Assembly: GCA_001600695.1 (NCBI GenBank)
Contig: BCKQ01000002.1
Span: 127,523-191,522, forward strand
Direction: 5' to 3'
Length of the DNA: 64,000 nt
From: Ascoidea asiatica JCM 7603
Taxonomy: Eukaryota; Fungi; Ascomycota
Positions 22,011 to 35,028 of this stretch are shown in pieces; positions within the stretch are counted from its first letter, which is position 1; every line of letters begins with the position of its first letter. The translations under genes and the position numbers were made by a program. Below the pieces are notes generated by a model. That model made no database searches, was not told the origin of the DNA, and was given only the letters and a program-made list of their open reading frames with translations.

Positions 22011-23222
22011 ATGGGTCTTGGAATAAATAATCCTGTTCCAAGGAGTTTAAAAAATGAAGCCTTGAAAGCAGCAAAAGTTTTAAGTTCTTTTATTAAGCCA
22101 GACCAAGTTTTAGGTGCTAGTCAAGTTATTCCCCCTGATATTTTGCAAAATGCTAAAGGGCTAGCTATAATAACAGTTTTGAAAGCTGGATTTTTATTTT
22201 CAGGTAGGGTTGGATCCGGTGTAATTGTTGCTCGATTACCTGATGGATCTTGGAGTGCACCTTCTGCAATAGTAACTGGTGGTGCTGGTGTAGGAGGTCA
22301 AATAGGTGCTGAAATAACTGATTTTGTTTTTATATTAAATTCAAGAAAAGCTGTTGAAACTTTTGCTCAAATAGGTTCAATAACGCTTGGTGGTAATGTT
22401 TCTCTTGCTGCTGGTCCTTTAGGAAGAAATGCTGAAGCTGCTGGAACTGCTTCTTTTAAATCAGTCGCTGCAATTTTCTCTTATTCAAAAACAAAAGGTT
22501 TATTTGCCGGCGTTTCTCTTGAAGGTTCTGTGATTTTGGAAAGAAGAGATGCTAACAAAAAATTTTATGGTCCTGGTTCAAACTCGAAAATTATTTTGAG
22601 TGGTAGGGTTCAAGCTCCTCCTTCATGTGAACCATTGATGCGTATATTAAATTCTAGAGCATTTACTAATAGAGTTAGAAATGATGATTATGATGATGAT
22701 GAGTATTATAATGATATTCCTACATTTTCTGAATCTGACAGTGCTAGAAGTTTTAGTCCTAGAGATAGAAGTTCAACTTTTCCTAACTCGGACAATTCTT
22801 ATAACCGTCATTCATATAATAACTCGAGAAACTCTAGAAATTCTAGATATCGTTCTTATGTCAATGAGAGTGCAAGTTCTTCAGAACCGGATGACGATTT
22901 TAGTCACCGTCAAAATAGTTCTTTAAATACAAGCCCAAATAGATCTAATTCTTATCGATCTTCTGGACGCTCAAATTCTTGGGAGGATGATGTATATGAT
23001 AGAAATAACTTGCATAAAACTGTTGTTCCAAAGCCTAAAATTTCCGGTTCAACTGCCGTTGCATTATATACTTTTAAAGGTGAACAGGACGGAGATTTAC
23101 CTTTCAAAAAAGGAGCTATTATACATATTATCAAAAAAACAGATAGTACTGATGATTGGTGGTCTGGAGAAATTGATGGAGAGGAAGGAATTTTTCCAGC
23201 TAATTACGTTCGACTATCATGA
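22011..23222 (+). CDS. YSC84: SYLF/YAB + SH3 actin-binding protein (Ysc84/Lsb3)
   Basis: MGLGINNPVPRSLK, LKAGFLFSGRVGSGVIVARLPDGSWSAPS, C-terminal SH3 (ALYTFKGEQDGDL...WWSG...IFPANYV). Confidence 0.95.
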   Translation: MGLGINNPVPRSLKNEALKAAKVLSSFIKPDQVLGASQVIPPDILQNAKGLAIITVLKAGFLFSGRVGSGVIVARLPDGSWSAPSAIVTGGAGVGGQIGAEITDFVFILNSRKAVETFAQIGSITLGGNVSLAAGPLGRNAEAAGTASFKSVAAIFSYSKTKGLFAGVSLEGSVILERRDANKKFYGPGSNSKIILSGRVQAPPSCEPLMRILNSRAFTNRVRNDDYDDDEYYNDIPTFSESDSARSFSPRDRSSTFPNSDNSYNRHSYNNSRNSRNSRYRSYVNESASSSEPDDDFSHRQNSSLNTSPNRSNSYRSSGRSNSWEDDVYDRNNLHKTVVPKPKISGSTAVALYTFKGEQDGDLPFKKGAIIHIIKKTDSTDDWWSGEIDGEEGIFPANYVRLS

Positions 23223-23489
23223 TTACTTCCATTTTCTTTCATTTATATATAAAATTGTAATTGGACTTCAATATCTTTCTTTTAAAATATTATGTAGATC
23301 CAAGAAATTTTATTAAAGTAAACTAATTAGAAAAAAGTTGAAATAGAAACAAAAAAAATTTAGATAAAAATGATAACAGGCAAAAAGACTATAAACTCAA
23401 AACGCTTTCAAAATTTAAGGTAACAAAATATGGGGGTTTTATTTGACGAGTTCTGCACTCGACTCATCTCGAAATATAGAAAAATAAAT

Positions 23490-25268
23490 TCAATAGTTCA
23501 TAAGATTGAAGTTCTCTCCTATTTTGCAAGGTTGATTTTTAAAATTTTTTTTGTCTTGACATAAATTTAAAACGCGAGGATATAATACGTTAGGAGGACA
23601 TTGCATAGGCTTGGACATTTGAGAATGATTTGCTGAAATTTTGCTAGATGGATCCGATATATCATGAGCTTTATTAGGAATAAACATAAAAGGAAGAGGA
23701 TTATAATATTGATAGGAAGCTCCAAAATATGGTTTAGAAAAGTGAGGATGCATCATATTTTCTTTGAAGAATTTATCATTGAAGTCCATTTCATTGTCAA
23801 GTTTGGCTGGACTCCAGAGAGAGACAGAAATTCTATGGTTGTCTATAATTTTTTTATTTAAAGTATCAACTAAAGATTTTGCTTGCTTTGCATTTTTCAT
23901 TTGAACAAATGCAAATCCTAAACCTTTCAACTCTTCATTAACAGGAAGTAAAATATTTCTCACTGAGCCTGATCCATATTGAGAGCATAGTAAAGTTAAA
24001 TACGTCTTATTCATTGTTTCAGCTAGATCTGTGAAAACCACAAGTGATGGGTCGCTATCGGATACATTATTTAATGTTTTATTACAGGAAATGTCCATTT
24101 TACTTTCATTTTTTTTATCTTTAGAAACAGCAATCATACAAGTTATAATTTTGTTATCAATTTCAATGTTATCTAAAGAATTAATAGCCTTTAAGGCATC
24201 TGAATTTGATTTAAAAGTAATAAAAGCCCAACTTGCTTTTAATCTTGGTATACATCTTGAAAATACAGAAGAAAGCTGACCAAACTTTCCAAAAATAAAT
24301 TTTAAGCGCTCATCTGTTATATCAATTGGAAGATTTTTAACATAAACAGTACTAGATAAAGCAAAAGGATTAGTTTTTAGCTTTTCTCTTTCTTCTTTCG
24401 GAGTATGAACGCCAACAAAAAGTTTTGAACCTTTAATAACAGTACCATTAAAATTATCAACAACTGTTTGGGCAACTGACAAACTTTCAAAACTAATGAA
24501 GCCATAGTTTTTCAGATGTTCCAATTTGCAGGATAAAATCTTTCCAAATGGTTTGAATAATTCATAAAACTCTCTAGTGGATAGATCACTAGGTAAATTA
24601 TTGAAATATACATTTGTTCCTAAATTCATCGGATTTGCTCCTTCGGTATTCCTTAAAGAGGGCATTATTCTAATTTCCTTATCCAACAAAAAAGTATAAT
24701 TCAAATTTTCTATTGCATTATTTGCACCTTCTGGATCAGAAAAATTCACATAACCATAACCTAATGATCTTTTAGTTACTGAATCAAAGCATATCTTGAC
24801 ACTTGAAACAGTACCAAACTTTGAAAAGGTGCGGTACAATAATTTCTCATCAACCTCTTGATGTAGATCTCCTACATATAATGCTGTTAATTTTGAAAAA
24901 CTATAATCTGATAAAGAGTTTGAAGTGGTTGCAGAATCATGTGTTAGTCCAAAAGTTGATTGAGAAGAAGTACCTGAAAATAATCTATTATTCTGGATTG
25001 TGTCAATTGAACTTTTACGAGTATTTGATAAGGGTTCATTGGAAGACTTTAATTTTGCAGTTGAATTTAAACCATTATTTGAACTGGCTTTGAAGCAGCT
25101 AATTATATTGATATTCTCTTTTCCTACTGGAATTGATTGAAGTTTTTTATCTTTAAAAGAATTATTGTTAATATTTTTTCCAAAGCTTTTTCTATTGGAA
25201 TGTCTTTCTGGACTGTTAATAGAAATAGAGGACAAAGCAGTTCTTTGTTGAGAAGGCATGGTGTTCAT
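23490..25268 (-). CDS. PES4: Four-RRM meiotic RNA-binding protein (Pes4/Mip6 family)
   Basis: PABP-like RRM1 (LYVGDL...RSLGYGYVNF) plus three more RRMs, no PABC domain. Convergent with YSC84/LSB3 as in S. cerevisiae. Confidence 0.8.
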   Translation of the reverse strand: MNTMPSQQRTALSSISINSPERHSNRKSFGKNINNNSFKDKKLQSIPVGKENINIISCFKASSNNGLNSTAKLKSSNEPLSNTRKSSIDTIQNNRLFSGTSSQSTFGLTHDSATTSNSLSDYSFSKLTALYVGDLHQEVDEKLLYRTFSKFGTVSSVKICFDSVTKRSLGYGYVNFSDPEGANNAIENLNYTFLLDKEIRIMPSLRNTEGANPMNLGTNVYFNNLPSDLSTREFYELFKPFGKILSCKLEHLKNYGFISFESLSVAQTVVDNFNGTVIKGSKLFVGVHTPKEEREKLKTNPFALSSTVYVKNLPIDITDERLKFIFGKFGQLSSVFSRCIPRLKASWAFITFKSNSDALKAINSLDNIEIDNKIITCMIAVSKDKKNESKMDISCNKTLNNVSDSDPSLVVFTDLAETMNKTYLTLLCSQYGSGSVRNILLPVNEELKGLGFAFVQMKNAKQAKSLVDTLNKKIIDNHRISVSLWSPAKLDNEMDFNDKFFKENMMHPHFSKPYFGASYQYYNPLPFMFIPNKAHDISDPSSKISANHSQMSKPMQCPPNVLYPRVLNLCQDKKNFKNQPCKIGENFNLMNY

Positions 25269-25590
25269 TTGAGTATTTTTTTTTGCCCTTGATTATATTA
25301 TATTTAAATTTTATATTTCTTTACTTTATGTTCATAGAATCATATATAATAACTAAGATACCAATTGAAAATGGCCAAAAATACTTTCATTAAAGAAAAG
25401 TCATACATATATATATATATTTATATATATATATATATCAACCTAATTTTTAGAAACATCATTTTCTCCCATGCACAAATGAAAAATCACAAACATACTT
25501 TTAACGCTTGATAAAACAAGAGTACAGTAAAAGAATTAAAAGAAATAATATTGAAAGGAATTGAGAAAAAGGAAACTTCAATGGAAAGTC

Positions 25591-25599
25591 TTTTGTGTC
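25591..25599. promoter_or_regulatory. Middle sporulation element (Ndt80 site) upstream of PES4/MIP6
   Basis: TTTTGTGTC, the reverse complement of GACACAAAA. Additional CACAAA cores near 25474, 25488 and 25756. Confidence 0.55.
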
Positions 25600-25964
25600 A
25601 CTAGAATTTTCTTCCAGAGAATGGATCCATCTGAATTTCTTTCACCAAAAGAATTTTCTTTGGGTAGTTTTTTTACAATTGTGGTTTGTTTCCTTTGCTT
25701 TTGAGATTTGATGAATATCCGTTAACCGATTTTATGTATCCGAAGGTTTTGGAAACACAAAAACCGGAATTAAAGCACGTGCTATATTACTACCCTCGGA
25801 TCAGCTTACTCTTATTGAAAAAAAATTTTGGTAACTTAACAAATTGTTCATTAGAATGAAAATTAAGGTATTAGTGATTCAAGAATAATTTTTGACAATT
25901 AAGGGAAAAAAAATTATATATTGGGATTTTTTAGAAACCTCGTATAGTATTTTTGTTTTAAGCG

Positions 25965-27257
25965 ATGTGCAAAGAATTGTCAGGAAAAGAAGAGAGCTTT
26001 TGTTCTGATGAAGAGGATGAGGATCTAGTAGTCGCACCTCGTGGCCACAAATCCAAAGTGCTTTTGGGATATATAGATGTGGCTTTCAAAGATTCTGACG
26101 ATGAACCTTCAATAGAGGATTCTTTTGTTGGCGGAAAACCAGTATGGCTTAATAACTCTCCTCCAAAGGATCTAAACATTTTGAAATGCAAAATATGTTC
26201 CAAGTACATGGCTTTATTATCTCAGTCCTTCGCTCCAATAGAAGAAGCTTCATATGAAAGGGTTATTTATGTCTTTATCTGTTTGACTAAATTTTGTCAG
26301 AGAAAACAAAAATGTGTAAAAGTCATTAAGGGAATTTTCAAAGATCCCATAAAGATGAAGAAACTAGAAGATGTAAACTCCGTAGTGTCGGATGACAAAA
26401 AAATCAAAACTGATTTAACAAAAAATTTATTCAAAGCCCATTCTTCAAATTCAAATCCTTTTGCCACAACTTCAAATCCCTTTTCAACTCCTTTATCAAA
26501 TAAGCTCCAAAATTCTGAACAGTCAGTAAAATCTAGTCAAAGTCTCTTTGAAAAAAAAGATGATATCTTATGGTCCAATATACTTTCAAAATCTTCTGCC
26601 GAATCAAAAAATAAGAAGGAACCAGACCTAAATAGTAAGAAAGCAAATGCTTCCTTGACTACTTTTGAAGTTGATTCTAAATTGCCTAGTTTTCCTGGTT
26701 ATTTTATATATATAGAAGATGAAAAGTTGAAAAAGCCGAAAGTTGATCCTCTTTTACAAAATTTAAAAATTAATAATGATATTTTATCTGAAAATGAGGT
26801 ACAGTCAATAAAAAAATCCATTGAGCATACTTCTAAAAATGATTTTCAATCAAATTCTATTTCAAAAACAATGAATGATAAAGCTTTCCAACAGTTTCTA
26901 GAAATTACGAATTTTAATCCAAGACAAGTATTAAGATATGATTTGGGTGGAAAGCCTCTTCTTTACTCTTCAGATGATAATATTGCTGAGATTATTCAAA
27001 AGAATTTAGTGCCAAAACCAGCATTGAATCCTAGTTCGAAAAGACGTTTTGAATTACAATTAATGCCCAAATTAATATGTGATCTAGAAACAAATTATAC
27101 AAAATCACAGATAATTTCAGATGGGATGGAATGGGGCTCTATATTTGTTTATACAGATTCGGAAGATTTTATTAGTCCTCAACAGTTCGATGAGCTTCAT
27201 GTTACGTATGTAGAGGAATGGAGCGCAGTTCAATGGGACGATGCTTTGAAAATGTGA
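25965..27257 (+). CDS. TSR4: Rps2 chaperone Tsr4 (PDCD2L family)
   Basis: VLLGY, GGKPVWL, CKIC, YERVIYVFIC, QVLRYDLGGKPLLYS, FELQLMP, GMEWGS. Confidence 0.93.
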   Translation: MCKELSGKEESFCSDEEDEDLVVAPRGHKSKVLLGYIDVAFKDSDDEPSIEDSFVGGKPVWLNNSPPKDLNILKCKICSKYMALLSQSFAPIEEASYERVIYVFICLTKFCQRKQKCVKVIKGIFKDPIKMKKLEDVNSVVSDDKKIKTDLTKNLFKAHSSNSNPFATTSNPFSTPLSNKLQNSEQSVKSSQSLFEKKDDILWSNILSKSSAESKNKKEPDLNSKKANASLTTFEVDSKLPSFPGYFIYIEDEKLKKPKVDPLLQNLKINNDILSENEVQSIKKSIEHTSKNDFQSNSISKTMNDKAFQQFLEITNFNPRQVLRYDLGGKPLLYSSDDNIAEIIQKNLVPKPALNPSSKRRFELQLMPKLICDLETNYTKSQIISDGMEWGSIFVYTDSEDFISPQQFDELHVTYVEEWSAVQWDDALKM

Positions 27258-27514
27258 CTGTGTTCTCCTATAGGGCTTGAAAAATTTGCAGAACTGATCA
27301 AATGAATGCCTTTTATTGTTTTAACAATGTGTTTGCTTTTATATATTTTAACTTGAAAAAAACATTTAAATAATTAGTGAAATTTCAACTATTATTTACT
27401 TTCGAATTTGATATTATCAATAGTTTGAGACTGTTGAACCAAATTAATTTGTACGTAAAAAAGTATTTAGAAAACAAATATACTTATCAAATTAGTCTAT
27501 TTTTTTCTATAACT

Positions 27515-30500
27515 TTAAGATTGTGGTTTTACAAATGAAGAATCTAAACCTGGAAATAAGAAAGTGACTTCGGACCAAGTTCTACCCCAAAGCTCATTTT
27601 CCGCAGCAACTAAATAATTACCAGAGCATAAGACATAAAGTATATTTTTTACTAATTCTTCTGAAGCTTCTTTTATAATCCTATTTTTTGGTTTTCGATT
27701 TATGTGATGTTTATTGCTATGCTTAATCAAAAGTTTTATTTGTCTATCTTCATCAATGATTAATCTCTTGATAATGTCAAGAATTGATAACCAAATGTAT
27801 GACAACTCACTTTCATTTTCATTTTCTAACTTATCCTTTTTAATTGCGTTTTCATTAAGGAATTTTAAGAATACTTTGCAAAGTATAGATACCAGATCAA
27901 GTTTAGATTTATTAAATCCCTCTAAATCCATCATTGCAATTTCAGGAGTTAAAAGGTCATCGCACCACTTAAATAAAACATATTTGAAAATACCATAAAC
28001 AGTTAAATATTTTATTTTTTTTATGTCTAATGATAGTAAAATATTTCCTAAAGTTGTTATTGCAAAATTTCTGATTTTTTTACATGGATTTAAAGCTTGA
28101 TGTGATATAGCTTGAATTATGGAATACCATAAACTAAATTTACTTTGTTCTTCGTAAATAATAAAAGTTTCTGTATTTATAAGATTGGAGAGAGAAATTG
28201 TTAATTCAATAGATTTAATGGAAGTATTGATTATTTCCTCGTATTGTTTTTCAGACTTGGCTCCAACAGATCCTTTTGAAGAGATCTCATCCAATAGACC
28301 TAGTAAAAACATAAAATTTTCCGGAATCACATATTCGCTATAATTCTTGATTACTGTATCTGTAAATTTATAAATGTTTCTCATATATTTTACAGAAGAT
28401 GCATAGCTTCTTAAAATTTTCCAATAATGTTCATTTTGCATCAAACAGTCAAGAAAAGTTTTTTGTTCTTGCTGTTCCCATGATACATTCCGCAATAATA
28501 ACGCCTTTAAGGGAATTAAAACTGCATATCCTTGTTTATCTAAAGTATCTATATTGATCTTACTCAATTGGCCCAATGAAACTTTCAAGAATTCTTCACT
28601 TTGATTAACCGGAATTTTACAGCTAGTAAGTAATATAAGTTCATAAGTAATTAATCTTATAAGAGTTTCTTGAGTTAAAATCAACTTTTGACTTTCGTTG
28701 AGAAGTAGGATGTTATTTACCTTGGAGGCAATTACTTCAATTATTCCATCATTATTTGAATCTTGCGGCAAAGAAAAGCACACACATAATTCTATTATAA
28801 ATAATAATTCGCTTTCAAAATATCTTTCGTTTTTCCTTGAATATTCTGGAATTAGCTCTAAGAAGATATCTAGAAATTGCCTCATCTTGTTGCTTGAAAG
28901 TGTAGTTAGATTTATAATGATTAAATTTATGTCCTTCAAGTTAATACAATCCATTGTGGATAAAGTACTATCAATTTCTTCACTAGTAGGCTCTGGAGGC
29001 TCGTCCGAGTAGCCTCTTAAAAGAGATGAAAGAGTTCCAAATAAACTGGTCTCTTTAGTTGAGTCCAACTCAGAATTACTTAAAGATTTATCAACTAAGT
29101 ACTGAGGTTTTGGTTCCGGCAACTTTTTTAAACCACTTTTTCTTTGAAATCGAGGGAAAAATTGATTAGGGTCGATTAGACATAGTTCAAAAAGTTTCAA
29201 TAAAATGCATAAAAATGATTTCCAGGAATTTGTTAAATTATTGTAATTACAGTTTCTCAAAACTCGAAAAAAAACGACTGTTGATAATTGAGCCTTATAA
29301 TTTTTACCAAATGATACTGCCACTTCACTAACTGTTATCACGTCAACTTTGTTTCGTTTAACCATGATTAGATTTTTACAAGGATCCAAATCAGAATCCT
29401 CTTCTCCAGGAATTTCGACTTCTTTATTGGGCAGTTCAATTTGAGCCAATTCTTCTTCTTCAGTTTCAATTCTGATTTGAGTTATAGGAATTGAATCAGT
29501 AATATCATCCTCCTTAGAGTAATCAAAATATGCATCTTGTTGAGATATCTGGAATGCATTATTTATCTCACCACTCAGATAATTACTTTGAAGGTCAAAG
29601 CTTATTAATGTTGTAAGGCCACCAAGCTCTACTAAGATGCAATCCACAACATCATGTAATTCAAAATAGTTAGCAATTATTGCACACTTATCAATTGTTG
29701 CTATCATTTTATTCATTATTTGATCATCCTGGGCTTCTCTGAAAATAGTAATAAACGTTTGAACAAGTGCAAGACACAGTGATTGAAATAATAGCTTATC
29801 GAACTGGATTAAGAATGGAAAATTTTCTTCTGATGAAAGAAGATCATTAATATCAGTATTTTTGATTTCTGTTTCAAATTTTTCATCGGAGTCAATTAAA
29901 TACTCGTTTATATTTAAGAACTTTTCATCATATTTAACTTTATGAAGCAATTCATTCCACGAGGCATCAAACCATTTATTAGACCCCTCATGCTCTTCGG
30001 GTAATATTATTTCTTTCAATTTTATATCTTTATATATTGCTTCCAAGTACCAAGTAGGATAATCTTTTCCATTATATGTTCCTTTGAGATTTTTTTGAAA
30101 CTCAAGGATAGTCATTTGCTTTTTAACTTTAGTGGAATGTAAATCAGTATTGAGCATAATAATCGCGTAACTTAATACAAAAACACTATCCTTATCAGGG
30201 GTAACTTGCTCTTTCTCCATATTATTTTTTGATTCTAATGATTTTTCTTCACCAAAAGTTTTATTATATTTTTGATCTTCCACATATTTCTCTCCAAAAA
30301 TTTCAACTATTCTCTCGATTTGTTGTGACTCACCAGGAAGTCTAAACTTCCTTAATATTAATCTTAAAGCCTCATCAACTCTAAGATTTTTAAAATTAAA
30401 CATAAAAATAAATTCTCTCAACATTTCAATATTCTTCTTTTTCCCAAAAAATTCACCTATTGCTTTTTTATTAATTATTTCGAAATTTAAATGAAAGAAT

Positions 30501-32806
30501 CTACCTATTTTTTTATTTCTAGCTTTTTCTGAATCGTGTTTAGAAAAAAAAATATTTTTTTCTTCAAGCAATTTAATACCTTTTATAATTGCCTTGTCAT
30601 CATCAGGCTTATTGAAATTATAAAGGATAGTAAGAAATTCTGTTTTCAATTGTTTTGAACGAACCAAAGATTTAGTTAAGTTGTGAAATTTAGAATCTCT
30701 ATTTATATTAGGAATATCCGTAAAAGATATATTACTTTTTTTCAAATATTTAACCCTTAAATTTATATTTTCAATGAATTTACAGATACCATCAAGGCAC
30801 ATCGGAGGAACAGATTGAGTGGTAAATATTGAAGAAGATGATAAACTTAATTTATTTAAAAACAACAATAAGTTCAAAGCAAGATTTGAGTTTGAAAAAT
30901 TTTTACAATCAAATTTTATAAATAAATTTAAAAAAAAAAATTGAGATCTAGTCCATAAAAGACTTAAAGATTCAATTAATCTTTCTTTGGAAATTGCAGA
31001 TCTTTGTAAAGTATTGTTAGAAAAAGCAGTAATTGGAGTAACAGTATTTGATCTTGAAAGTAATGGATCAGGAATATTTAAAAGTCTTGAATTTTCATTT
31101 TTTTCAAAAGATGTAATAGGAGCATTCTTATTTTCAATTATTGAACTATTATTATTGTTAATACTACTGTTATTGGTAATAGAGTTATCAGAATTACTAC
31201 CGACGTTATTAATTGAATTAGAAGATATCGAATCAGTCAAAAAAAATTCATAAGGTAAAATAGATTTTAATATATTATTAAAAGCAAAATGAAATTGGGC
31301 ATTTAAATGATCACCTAATAAAATAAATAAAGTATTGAAACATTGTAGAGCAGAAGACAACAAATTAATATTTGTATTTGAATTTGAATCATAATCCTTA
31401 TTCAAAATTATTGAAAATAAATATTTTGGCAAATTATTTTGAAATAAATAAAATAATTTTTTTTTATAATTCAAAAAAAAATTATTTCCAACAATTTGTA
31501 GAGAAGAATTTATTAAATCTAAAGCTAATAATTTAGTTGATTCAGTATTATAATATTTTTGTTCGGGAGATAATATTGAAATTAAAATTGATAAATATTG
31601 CTGAATCGCTGAATAATTGAATGGGGATGAATCTGTATCATTATTAATATTTGAAAATTTTTTTGAATTAAAAGTTGTGAATAGTTTAAAATTATAGGAA
31701 AATAATAATAGTTTTGATGATTGAGATAGTAAATGATTTCTTTTTTTATTTGTTGCCAAAGTTAAAGTTGTTTGAAAAATTTGAATAATTGAATTATTTG
31801 ATAAATTTGAAAAATTAATTGATAAAGAGTTTATTAGAATCAAATTTAAAAGATTAATCAAATTTAATAACACAACATCATCAAAAGATTGATCAGAAGC
31901 TTGAAATTTACAACGAGTTAAAGCTGATAATAATTCGGATACAATTGAAATATTTAAATTATCAAGGATTAAAATTTTATAATTTATAAAAATTGATAAA
32001 GAGTTTAAGGCTAAATTTGTCAAGTAACTTGAAGTTGAAGAAGATTGAATTAATAATAAAAAGGGTTGTAAAATAGTTAAAATATCTAAATTTTCTAAAG
32101 AATCTATGTTTAAGACAATTAGTTTTAATTCTAAAAATGCGGAAAGCAAAGAGGTATTTGAGGAAGCCGAATTTGATATTGATTTATTTGAATTTAAATT
32201 TGAATTTCTATTTAGGTTTAAATTTAGGTTTAATTTTGATTTTGTTTTTGATTTTAATTTTTGTTTTTGTTTATGTTTTGATTGAGATTTCGAATTATTA
32301 TTATTATTATCATTAGTGTTATTGTTATTATTATTATTGTTTTTATTATCAATTAAGTAATTGATTGAATTATCTTCAGAAGATTTACTTTTAATTGAAT
32401 TTAAATTTTGATCAATATCTTGAAGAATTATATTAGAATGATTTAAATTATGAGAATCATCAATTGGAAGTTCAGAAAACAAATTAATTGTATTTAAATT
32501 TAAAGTTGAAGAAGTTAATATCGAAGCAATATTTGATTGAGGAAATTTTGATTCTTTTCTTAATTCATTGATTATTTTAAAACATTGATTTATAATTATT
32601 GTTATCGGATCCATGGATAGAGATATTGAACCTTGATTTGAATCATAAGTATCATAAGTTAAATCTTCTTTCAAAACAGTTAAACGATTTGTAGAAGTTG
32701 GAGACATTGAAGATTGAAATAATTGAATTGATTTATGACGTTGATGTTTTAATTTAACCATGGAATCTGTTTGATTTTCATTTTGATTATTATCATTATT
32801 ATTATA

Positions 32807-32883
<77 letters not shown>

Positions 32884-33184
32884 CTTGATCATTATCTTGA
32901 TATTCAGATTCAGATTCCAAATGATTTAGGGATTCTTCACGAATAATATTAATTGGATCTTTTAGATGATTTTGATTAGGAAATTGTTCGAAATTCAAAT
33001 TATTTGAAGGTTTTTCAAAACTATCTTCATTAGACAAAATGGGGTTTATTTCTCCGTTAGAATTCTGACTACCACTAGGAATATCATCAGTATTAGTATT
33101 AATCTCTATCTCTGAATTTTGAGTATGGATACCATCATTGATGTCTAAATGCTTTAAATCTGGAATGGGCATGGTATCATCCAT
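27515..33184 (-). CDS. GEA2: Arf GEF, GBF1/Gea family (Sec7 domain)
   Basis: Sec7 motifs FRLPGESQQIERIVE and LSYAIIMLNTDLH. DCB motif LTRCKFQASD. Long poly-Asn N-terminus. Confidence 0.93.
32797..32883. repeat. (AAT)n microsatellite encoding poly-Asn in GEA
   Basis: About 25 consecutive TTA units on the + strand, plus flanking imperfect units. Confidence 0.9.
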
Positions 33185-34460
33185 GATTTATAGTAAAAAG
33201 TACAGATTAAGGCCAGAAATGCAATTGTGATAGAAATAAAAGCACCAAAGTCTATTTACCCAATTTAAAAATGCCACGATTCTATTGTATGAGAAACAGA
33301 AAACTCTTTATGATCAAATATATATCTAACTATATTGCACAATATATTATTTTGTTACATGCAATATAACAATTACGTAGTAAATATGAAATAGTACAGT
33401 ATTTGATTATATCGTCGTTTCGCTGAATGCAATCAATCAACAAGTTTACAGTGAACAGTTAATAAGCCAACGATACTTTTTCATGATAACAGCTACGGAG
33501 CACGTATGAAAATACAGTAATCATCCATCACCTACGTACTCGGCAGACAACGGTCCATCTTTACCCATAAACCAGATGCTATGTAAAGTCACATGTCACT
33601 AACTAGTTTTTACCCAGGACTCTTTAGATTCTTGAGCCATAAGCAAGAAGGTGATGTGAAAATTCTTTAGCCTACAGCCCATAGCATACTAATAGTGACC
33701 GTGGTAGTATTGAAACTTTAGGGCAAGAAAGACGATAACTACGCGCTGAATAACGTAATTAGCCTTAGAATTATCGATCTTGGCCAGTTCTCGCTGTCCA
33801 TAACAAGGAGATTTCATTAATAACTTTTCTTTTTTACATGCAAATAATATGGCATATGGAACCTGCACATGATAATTTTTATTAAATCATTTAGAGAACT
33901 CATTAAGCAGGTCTCCAATAAGGCACGTGCTAAATATTACAAAAGAAGACCAGATATTTGGGTATTCTCTGACTGGCTAGAAAAAAGCAGAATGTTGGAT
34001 TTTTTTCTTTGGTGGTCCCCGCAGCTCGAACCACACAGATCTCGATGGTAAAGCTTGCATTACTGCCGATCGGCACTCGATGGAAACTTCCTGGAGAAGG
34101 AACTGAAGAAAAGAAAAGAGTTGAATAGTTGTTGAGTCGAGAAGATGTTCTTTCTGCTGCTCTTGCTGCCACACTCATGCTATTTCTTCAGTGGAATATG
34201 GGTTCTTACTCTTGATCCCAAACAATACAGCTGTACTGCCAAAATCCCCCAATGATCTGTGATAAGTAAAAATGATATAAATACTCAGCAGTTACTCCAT
34301 TAAAATCAATATTATTGATTATACAATTTTAATGTTTTGTTTTATTCTATAAAAAAAATCAGAAATCATTTTATAACAACATATACATAAAATCTAAAAT
34401 CAAGATTCAAATATATCTGTTCTTTTTTTTCAAATAATCAATAAGGTACCGATTTTAAAG

Positions 34461-35028
34461 ATGGTGAAATTAGTCTCATGCTTAGATTCAATACTAGTAG
34501 AATTTCTATTTCCTCTATCTCCCATAATAACCATCTTCATGTTACGTGATTTTGTCTTTTATCTTGATTTTTCACCATCTTTACCAATAGATTTGAATAT
34601 TATTAATTCAATTCCTATAGAATTATCTTCTTTTTCTAGTATGTTTTTTCTTGAAGTCATTCATATTTATCTATCACTATCTTTTTCTTTTTATTATTCC
34701 GTATATTACTTATTATACTAACAATATTATTAATATCCAATATTTTTCAGATTATTCCATTTTTACAAAAATCTCAAAATTACAATCAAATTCAATTCTT
34801 GATAAAATATTAAATATCATTATATTGTCAACATATTTTTTTTTAATTCTTTGTTCGCTTATTTATTCATTAACTTTTTTCATATTTTGTATCTTAATCA
34901 CTTTCAATAAAAAATGGTCAAAAATCTCTTTTTTATTTTCCGATGTTTTCAAATTAGATCAATCAATCGTTTATCCTATATTGTTCTTTTTGGTTTCATT
35001 ACTTTCAATCAATCTTTTATATATTTAA
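34461..35028 (+). CDS. Orphan ~151-aa hydrophobic protein; exons 34461-34638 and 34751-35028
   Basis: Intron 34639-34750 has GTATGT donor, TACTAAC branch point (34716-34722) and TTTTTCAG acceptor. Splicing joins two listed ORFs in frame (456 nt total). Confidence 0.65.

Noticed and set aside
27255-27305. TGA-C leaky stop context after TSR4
   Set aside because: The 15-codon extension has no targeting signal or other support.
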